Shown piece after piece: positions 29,799 through 35,952 of a stretch of 35,952 nt of DNA (position 1 is its first letter; each line of letters begins with the position of its first letter). The translations under genes and the position numbers were made by a program. The notes beneath the pieces are model-generated. The model was not told the DNA's origin. It searched no databases and was given only the letters and a program-made list of their open reading frames with translations. The stretch lies in NCBI GenBank assembly GCA_964534855.1, contig CAZHRM010000002.1:1-35952 (forward strand). The letters are read 5' to 3'. The stretch is from Candidatus Woesearchaeota archaeon (GTDB taxonomy: Archaea > Nanobdellota > Nanobdellia > Pacearchaeales > GW2011-AR1).

Positions 29799-31775
29799 AA
29801 AACTTTTTATGAATTTTTTGTGCTCTTCTTTGTTTCTTATTTCCTTTATTGTGTAAAATGGAACTTTTTCCTTGATATGTTTTTCTGTTTTAACATCAGA
29901 CATTAACCTTTCTTTTATTTTTTCACTTAGAAGAATTTCTTTTTCAGAGAGCGACGAGATTTTTTTTGCTGTTGTTATTAATGTTCCCATACTCATAAAT
30001 TTCAGACACTCTTTTTCTTGTTTTGCAACTATTGTTCCATAGTTTAGAGATATTCCAAATTCTATTTTTTGTTTGGCTAATTTGTTGTGTCCTATTATAA
30101 TCTCCTTAATTTTTTCTGCTAAATCCACTGCAACTTTTTCATTTTTGAATGTTCTTGTTTTTACTGGAGCTAAAATAAAGAACAGATTATCTTGATTTTC
30201 ATATATAACTGCTTTGTTTTCTTCTACCATATCAACTATTTTTTGTAATGTTTCCTCTGTACTTGATTTTTTTGATTCAATTTCTTTTAGGTTTTTAATT
30301 TTAAGACAGACTACAGTCACATTTTGTTTATCTCCTTTTATAGATAAAGAAAGTTCTGCTTTGTTTTTTGCGTTAACTAATGAGTTTTTTCTTAGAGGAA
30401 TTGCTTTTTCCCCTTTCCTTTTTTTGGAATTTATATAACCAAAAAAACTTTTTTTGTACCCTTTTTTAAAAATTATAAAAGCAACAAATCCAAAAATTGC
30501 TATTATAAAAATCCAAACAATAGGATATTTTACTAATGTTACTACTCTGTTTGATGCTTCTTTTACATCAATTGCTTTTCCAGTAAGCGAAACACTTTCT
30601 GTAATTTTGCTTCCCTCTTCAGTTATTATTTCTACTTGATACTCTCCGTCGGGTGCGCTTAGAATATACTTCTGGCTTTTGTCTACATCCAGACTTACAT
30701 TTATGTTCAGAGACTCATTTCCTATCTTTACCAAGAAAATGTCATTATAAGGAACATTTCCTATGTTTGTTAGAATAAGGGTTCTATTTATTATTTCAAC
30801 TCTTATGTCTTTTTTTTCTTTTATTTTGAAGGTTGTTTCGCTCATTAGTTTATTTGAAACAGCAACTACTATCCATTCCGAAGGAGCTTCATTATATTTG
30901 ATTGGAAAATCTAAGAATTCATCTGTTGGTTTTTCAATTTGCTCTAAAATTTTATTGTTTTCGTTCTTTATGGTCATAATAGCACTTGATGCTATTTTTT
31001 CGCCTGTCTGGTCGTGAAGTATTGCCTTAACTTTGAGAGGTGTTCCAGGCTCTACTTCTGGATTTTCAAATGCTATTTCTAAATTTGTTGGAACCTGAGA
31101 TATGAGGATATTGTAATTTATGAATCCTTTATTTGTTGTCTCTTCTAATAAATCTTTTTCATAGGCATTTAATTTTACCAAATAAGTTCCTGCTTTCATA
31201 TCCTCTGGAAGGGAGATATTTATTGAGAAAAATCCTTTGTTTATTGTTTCTAATTGAGATATTTGTGATTCATTGTCAGAGATAATTTCTAATTCTATGA
31301 AACCATCTACATCTTTCTTGTTTTCTTTTATTGCTCCTCCTTCAATTAAGATATTCTCTCCAGGTTTGAATTCCACTCCCTCAATATTCTCAGTTGGAAC
31401 TTGGATAGTTATTAAATCTGAAATTTTAAAATTATTTGTTAGTATGTATTCCTCCCCCAAAATTCCCTTTATTTTACATTCCCCCTTAAGTTCTCCAATC
31501 AGACTTTTTATTAAAACTAATGATGGTTCCATTTTTTTCTCTTCGCCTGCTGCTAATCCAACACCATTTTTATAAAAATTGACGTCATGTCCTTCACAGA
31601 TTAAATCCATTTGAAAAATTCCTGAGATATCATTTGAGGACTTTATTGTTACAGGTATAGAAAAAGAATCTCCGAGATTGTAAATTTCGCTAGGTTGTTT
31701 GTTGATTATTATTTCTGCAGATGCTGTAGATATTAACAATAATACAAATATTACTGAAGTTATTATTCTCCCCAT
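29775..31775 (-). CDS. Single-pass surface protein with Ig/CARDB-like ectodomains and a cytoplasmic class III cyclase-like (apparently degenerate) domain
   Basis: Signal peptide MGRIITSVIFVLLLISTASA, a beta-rich ectodomain of about 400 aa, a TM (YPIVWIFIIAIFGFVAFIIF, about 30470..30535), then NVTVVCLKIKNL...NLFFILAP...IEFGISLNYGTIVA...FMSMGTLITTAKKISSLSEKEILLSEKIKERL...VPFYTIKEI. This cytoplasmic stretch is collinear with cyclase homology domains. Confidence 0.6.
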   Translation of the reverse strand: MGRIITSVIFVLLLISTASAEIIINKQPSEIYNLGDSFSIPVTIKSSNDISGIFQMDLICEGHDVNFYKNGVGLAAGEEKKMEPSLVLIKSLIGELKGECKIKGILGEEYILTNNFKISDLITIQVPTENIEGVEFKPGENILIEGGAIKENKKDVDGFIELEIISDNESQISQLETINKGFFSINISLPEDMKAGTYLVKLNAYEKDLLEETTNKGFINYNILISQVPTNLEIAFENPEVEPGTPLKVKAILHDQTGEKIASSAIMTIKNENNKILEQIEKPTDEFLDFPIKYNEAPSEWIVVAVSNKLMSETTFKIKEKKDIRVEIINRTLILTNIGNVPYNDIFLVKIGNESLNINVSLDVDKSQKYILSAPDGEYQVEIITEEGSKITESVSLTGKAIDVKEASNRVVTLVKYPIVWIFIIAIFGFVAFIIFKKGYKKSFFGYINSKKRKGEKAIPLRKNSLVNAKNKAELSLSIKGDKQNVTVVCLKIKNLKEIESKKSSTEETLQKIVDMVEENKAVIYENQDNLFFILAPVKTRTFKNEKVAVDLAEKIKEIIIGHNKLAKQKIEFGISLNYGTIVAKQEKECLKFMSMGTLITTAKKISSLSEKEILLSEKIKERLMSDVKTEKHIKEKVPFYTIKEIRNKEEHKKFIKSFLDRIEKK

Positions 31776-31862
31776 TTTATATTCTTTTTAATCAAATGGC
31801 ATTTAAAAATTCTTCTGTGGTTTTTTGATAATCTTTAAAAATAGGCTTTGGTTTAATTGAAT

Positions 31863-32990
31863 ATGAAAAAAGAGTTTAATGTTACACCATGGGAAGTTTC
31901 TGGAGATGTTGATTATGATAAACTTGTTAGAGAGTTTGGATTAGAGAAAATTAGCGACAGACTTTTAGAGAGGATGCAAAAACATACTAAAGAACTTCAT
32001 TTTATGTTGAGAAGAAATGTATTTTTTGCTGGAAGGGATTTGAAATGGCTGTTAGATGAATATGAAAAAGGGAATAAATTCTTTTTATATACTGGTTGTG
32101 GGCCTTCTGGTCCTCTTCATTTGGGGCATTTGAGTGTTTGGGTTTTTACAAAATGGTTGCAAGATAAATTTGGAACAGAATTGTGGTTTCAATTTACAGA
32201 CGATGAAAAATTTTTGCTTAATAAGAATAAATCATTTGAAGAAATTAAGAAATGGACTTATGAAAATATGCTTGATGTAATTGCAATTGGTTTTAATCCA
32301 AAAAAAACTAATTTTTTGGTTGACACAAAACATGCGGGTTTAATGTACAAAGAAGCTTGTAAAGTTGCTAAGAAAATTACTTTTTCAATGGTTAAATCTT
32401 CATTTGGTTTGAATGAGAGTTCTAATATTGGACTTATATTTTACACTTCAGTCCAAGCAGTTCCAGCATTTCTCTCTTCAATAATTCACAAAAAGAAAAT
32501 TCCTTGCTTGATACCTCACGCAGTTGATCAGGACCCTCATTTTAGATTAACAAGAGATATTTTGCCAAAATTAGGATATTATAAACCCGCGTCTATACAA
32601 TCAATATTTTTACCTCCTTTGACAGGCAATCAAGGAAAAATGAGTAGCAGTAAATCTAATGTGGCTGTGTTAACAACAGACTCGCCTAAAGAGGTTGAAA
32701 ATAAGATTAAGAAATATGCTTTTTCAGGCGGGCAAAAAACTACAAAAGAGCATAGAGAAAAAGGGGGAAATCCTGATGTAGATGTTTCTTTTCAATATTT
32801 GAAAATGTTTTTTGAGCCTGATGATAAGAAATTGGAAAGAATTTATGAGGATTACAAGTCAGGAAAAATGCTTACAGGAGAATTAAAGGAAATTTTAATT
32901 GAAAAAATAAATAATTTTTTGAAAGAGCATCAGAGAAGAAGGGAAAAAGCAAAAAAGCAAATTGATAAATTTTTGTATAAATCAACTTAA
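31863..32990 (+). CDS. trpS: Tryptophanyl-tRNA synthetase, archaeal/eukaryotic type
   Basis: VTPWEVSGDVDYDKLVREFG, YTGCGPSGPLHLGHL (HIGH), FTKWLQDKFG...FTDDEKFL, and KMSSS (KMSKS). I prefer the ATG at 31863. Confidence 0.9.
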   Translation: MKKEFNVTPWEVSGDVDYDKLVREFGLEKISDRLLERMQKHTKELHFMLRRNVFFAGRDLKWLLDEYEKGNKFFLYTGCGPSGPLHLGHLSVWVFTKWLQDKFGTELWFQFTDDEKFLLNKNKSFEEIKKWTYENMLDVIAIGFNPKKTNFLVDTKHAGLMYKEACKVAKKITFSMVKSSFGLNESSNIGLIFYTSVQAVPAFLSSIIHKKKIPCLIPHAVDQDPHFRLTRDILPKLGYYKPASIQSIFLPPLTGNQGKMSSSKSNVAVLTTDSPKEVENKIKKYAFSGGQKTTKEHREKGGNPDVDVSFQYLKMFFEPDDKKLERIYEDYKSGKMLTGELKEILIEKINNFLKEHQRRREKAKKQIDKFLYKST

Positions 32991-33502
32991 CTTAATTTCT
33001 GTAGTTTACGAAGATAGTTCTGTGTCTTTTTTGGTAGTCTATAAAAATTTTTAACAGCATCTCCTATTTCTCCGATTCTTACAGGACCGGCATTATAGGA
33101 TGCTGCTTTATTTTCGTCTGTAACATCTAAGTTATAGTGGGGTAAATAATGTTCCCCTATTCTCTCATGTAAATACCATTTACCAATTTTTACATTTACT
33201 ATTGGCTCAAATAAATCATATTTATTATAGAGTCTTCCAGAACCATGTTCATTCCATTCTTCTAGAGTATTTGGTTGTATCTGCATTAATCCAATTTCTC
33301 CGTTTTTTCCTTTTGCCCAATAATCCCAATTAGATTCTATTTGGATAATTTTTTTTGTTAAGGGGTCTAATTTTGGTTCTAAAATTTTTTTAATTATTTC
33401 TTTGCTCACTCTTTTTGCACTTGCTACTTCTGGATAAAATAGACTTCCGAGTGCACAAATTCCTGCGATTTTCATAAATTCTCTTCTGGTTATATCTTTC
33501 AT
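32987..33502 (-). CDS. Lytic transglycosylase (SLT domain, GH23-like) with a twin-arginine-like signal
   Basis: I prefer the ATG at 33502 (MKDITRREFMKIAGICALGSLF...ASA). It has the SLT motifs IQIESNWD (catalytic Glu-Ser), GLMQI and SYNAGP. Confidence 0.7.
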   Translation of the reverse strand: MKDITRREFMKIAGICALGSLFYPEVASAKRVSKEIIKKILEPKLDPLTKKIIQIESNWDYWAKGKNGEIGLMQIQPNTLEEWNEHGSGRLYNKYDLFEPIVNVKIGKWYLHERIGEHYLPHYNLDVTDENKAASYNAGPVRIGEIGDAVKNFYRLPKKTQNYLRKLQKLS

Positions 33503-33666
33503 TTTGTTGACACTTATTAATAGTAAATTAATCATAAATGTATAAATTTTATACAATATTAGTACTTTTAAACTTTTTGATATGGGAATTTTTAACTAAA
33601 TTTATGGCTCAAAACTTTAGCTCATGCTTCAACGCGAGAATTCAAACAGAGAATTTTGATGATTAA

Positions 33667-33676
33667 TTTTATAAAC
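33667..33676 (+). promoter_or_regulatory. TATA-like box upstream of thrS
   Basis: TTTTATAAAC ends 21 nt upstream of the ATG at 33697. Confidence 0.45.
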
Positions 33677-33696
33677 ATCTTTTCTTTATTTCTTAT

Positions 33697-35397
33697 ATGA
33701 AAATACTTTTGCTTCATACAGATTATATTAAGTTTAAACCTCTTAAGAAAGCTTTGAAGAAAATAAAATCTCTTTCTGAGGAAGAAAAAAAAGGTGGTGA
33801 GATAAAAGAGGCACTGACTGTTATGACTGCTGTTGAGAAAACAGATACAGATGTTGAAGGAATTGTTGAAAAGTTCGTTGAGAATGTTAGAGATATTGCA
33901 GAACAAGTTAGTGCAAAGAATATAGTTCTTTATCCTTATGCTCATCTTTCAAGTGAGCTGGCTTCTCCTGAGCTTGCTATAGAAGTTTTGGAAAAAGCTG
34001 AGAAGGAATTAAAGAAATTTTTCAATGTTGTTAAAGCTCCTTTTGGATATTACAAGGAATTTGAGATGAAAGTTAAGGGGCATCCATTAAGTGAGTTGTC
34101 AAGAGACATTAAATTTGAGAAGAAAGATGGGGAGAAATATGATGCTAAGCAATTGCTTAGAGAAATATCAAAGACAAAGCTCGACAAGTCGAAACTTAAA
34201 GCTAATGATCATAGGATTATTGGGCAGCAGATGGATTTGTATAGTTTTAATGAGACAGCGCCTGGAATGGTTTTTTGGCATAATAATGGTTTGATTATTT
34301 TTAATGAATTAGTTAGGTTTTGGAGGGAGGTTCATAAAAAAGCAGGTTATGAAGAAGTTTTGACTCCCCAGATTTTAGATAAAAAATTGTGGCAGATTTC
34401 TGGACACTGGGAAAAATATAAAGAGAATATTTTTTTGACAGAATATGAAAAAAGATTGTTTGCAGTCAAACCAATGAATTGTCCTGGAGGTATTTTGATT
34501 TTTAAAAATAAACCAAAGAGTTATAGAGATTTGCCTTTGAGAGTTGGAGAGTTAGGAGTTGTGCATAGGCAAGAATTGTCTGGAGTTTTAGGAGGATTGT
34601 TTAGGGCGATTCAGTTTACACAAGATGATGCTCATATATTCTGCACAGAGAAACAAATGGAAGATGAGATTGTTAAGATAATGGACTTAGTTGAGCTTTT
34701 TTATTCAAAAGTTTTTAATTTTAAATATCGTGTTGAGTTGTCAACACGTCCAGAAAAGAGAATAGGCAGTGATAAGATTTGGGACAAGGCAGAAAAAGTT
34801 TTAGAAAAAATTTTGAAAAATAAAAAAATGAAATTTAAAATTAACAAGGGTGATGGTGCTTTTTATGGGCCTAAAATTGATTTTCATTTGAAAGATTCTT
34901 TGGGAAGGGAATGGCAGTGTGCGACGATTCAATTGGATTTTTCAATGCCTGAAAGATTTGAGTTGGAATATACAGATAAAGATAATAAAAAAAAGAGGCC
35001 AATAATGTTGCACAGGGTTATCTATGGAAGTTTGGAGAGGTTTATTGGAATCCTGGTTGAGCATACTAATGGCAGACTTCCAACATGGCTTGCTCCTATC
35101 CAAGTTAGGATTTTAAGTTTTACAGACAGAAATGAGGATTATTCTAAAGAGATGATTCAACAACTTAAAGAAAAGATTCCTAATTTGAGAATTGATTCTG
35201 ATTTTAGAACAACTACTATCCCATCAAAAGTAAAGGATGCTGAGTTAATGAAAGTTCCGTATATAATTGTTGTAGGAGATGAAGAAGAAAAAGATAAGAG
35301 TTTGGCTATTAGAATTAGAGGAGATAAGGAAATTAAAAGAATGAATGTTGAGGATTTTGTGGGAAAATTAGACGCTGAAATTAAAAATAGAGAATGA
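33697..35397 (+). CDS. thrS: Threonyl-tRNA synthetase with the archaeal N-terminal editing domain
   Basis: MKILLLHTDYIKFKPLKKALK... (archaeal ThrRS editing domain), DHRIIGQQMDLYSF, class II core (MNCPG, HRQELSG, FTQDDAHIF, DFHLKDSLGREWQC, HRVIYGSLERF), and an anticodon-binding tail. Confidence 0.9.
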   Translation: MKILLLHTDYIKFKPLKKALKKIKSLSEEEKKGGEIKEALTVMTAVEKTDTDVEGIVEKFVENVRDIAEQVSAKNIVLYPYAHLSSELASPELAIEVLEKAEKELKKFFNVVKAPFGYYKEFEMKVKGHPLSELSRDIKFEKKDGEKYDAKQLLREISKTKLDKSKLKANDHRIIGQQMDLYSFNETAPGMVFWHNNGLIIFNELVRFWREVHKKAGYEEVLTPQILDKKLWQISGHWEKYKENIFLTEYEKRLFAVKPMNCPGGILIFKNKPKSYRDLPLRVGELGVVHRQELSGVLGGLFRAIQFTQDDAHIFCTEKQMEDEIVKIMDLVELFYSKVFNFKYRVELSTRPEKRIGSDKIWDKAEKVLEKILKNKKMKFKINKGDGAFYGPKIDFHLKDSLGREWQCATIQLDFSMPERFELEYTDKDNKKKRPIMLHRVIYGSLERFIGILVEHTNGRLPTWLAPIQVRILSFTDRNEDYSKEMIQQLKEKIPNLRIDSDFRTTTIPSKVKDAELMKVPYIIVVGDEEEKDKSLAIRIRGDKEIKRMNVEDFVGKLDAEIKNRE

Positions 35398-35882
35398 ATC
35401 TTAAATTCTATCTAGAAAAATTGAAGTCTTCTGAAGAGTATAAGAAGTTCATGAAAGAAAATTCAGATGCTTATTTGTGCTCTGGTTTTTTTGTGATTGA
35501 TAAACAAGGAGAGGATAATCAACAGCATTTTGATTTTTATGTTCCATCTAAGAAAGAGATGTTCAGTTTTAAATTAGATGATGATGTGAAACTTGTTCCT
35601 GTTGAAATTTTTGATAAAAGAACTCCTGAAAAAATAGGAGGGATTAATTTTTATTTTGATGAGATTGAGAGAATAATTGAGAAAAGAATGCAGGAAGAAA
35701 ATCTGAAAGATAAGGTACAAAAAATACTTTTGTCTTTGCAAAAACTCTCAGGTAAGGATTTTCTTGTTGGAAATGTTTTTATTTCTGGCTTTGGAATACT
35801 AAAAATTAATATAGATATCTCTGAGAAAAAAATAACTCTGTTTGAGAAGAAAAGTTTTTTTGATATGATAAGAAAATCTTAA
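35394..35882 (+). CDS. Hypothetical protein (162 aa), translationally coupled to thrS
   Basis: Its start overlaps the thrS stop (ATGA). No family recognised. Confidence 0.5.
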   Translation: MNLKFYLEKLKSSEEYKKFMKENSDAYLCSGFFVIDKQGEDNQQHFDFYVPSKKEMFSFKLDDDVKLVPVEIFDKRTPEKIGGINFYFDEIERIIEKRMQEENLKDKVQKILLSLQKLSGKDFLVGNVFISGFGILKINIDISEKKITLFEKKSFFDMIRKS

Positions 35883-35896
35883 GGGTTTCTATAAAA

Positions 35897-35952
35897 TGCC
35901 CCCACCGAGATTCGAACTCGGGTCACTGCCTTGAAAGGGCAGCATTCTTGGC
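35897..35952 (-). tRNA. tRNA-Glu(UUC), partial; the 5' portion lies beyond the window end
   Basis: The reverse complement reads ...GCCAAGAAT G CTGCC CTTTCAA GGCAG TGAC CCGAG TTCGAAT CTCGG TGGGGGC A. The anticodon arm is uninterrupted. Confidence 0.8.

Noticed and set aside
33622-33945. Minus-strand 107-aa ORF overlapping the thrS 5' end and its promoter.
   Set aside because: It overlaps the clearly genuine thrS N-terminal editing domain and its TATA box. The translation is Cys/Phe/Asn-rich and low-complexity.

Overview
The window is a strongly AT-rich archaeal chromosomal segment, and the gene content looks like a small-genome DPANN-type archaeon (Woese-/Pacearchaeota-like; this lineage guess is inference). 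Archaeal markers are an RFC small subunit, ribosomal protein L41e, an RNase P Rpp30-like protein, archaeal/eukaryotic-type PheRS alpha and beta, TrpRS, ThrRS with the archaeal N-terminal editing domain, archaeal-type UMP kinase, and intron-containing tRNAs. Housekeeping genes dominate (acs, nth, ppsA, pyrH, pheS/pheT, trpS, thrS, tsaC, ferredoxin, LemA/HtpX). Interspersed are many membrane or secreted proteins of unknown function and a MacB/FtsX-type ABC exporter operon. There are four tRNA genes. tRNA-Glu(CUC) carries an intron of about 103 nt, tRNA-Thr(GGU) an intron of about 52 nt, tRNA-Gln(CUG) has none, and tRNA-Glu(UUC) is cut by the window end. I saw no CRISPR array, rRNA, transposase, integrase or recognisable defence system. 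TATA-like boxes sit about 25-30 nt upstream of many start codons, which suggests largely leaderless transcripts. The candidates most worth follow-up are listed here. (1) An ASCH + GNAT gene pair is translationally coupled inside the pheS-pheT operon. (2) Two one-gene membrane-protein cassettes of about 630 bp are each bracketed by direct repeats, one repeat being an exact copy of the tRNA-Thr 3' end. (3) A surface receptor-like protein has a cytoplasmic domain that looks like a catalytically degenerate class III nucleotidyl cyclase. (4) An orphan FlaI/GspE N-terminal domain protein is coupled to a basic coiled-coil protein and lies downstream of a large secreted transglutaminase-like protein. 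(5) A ThiI-like PP-loop enzyme sits next to a degenerate NcsA/Ctu2-like pseudoenzyme. (6) A lytic transglycosylase carries a Tat-like signal in an organism without murein. All family assignments rest on motif recognition by eye; no searches were run.
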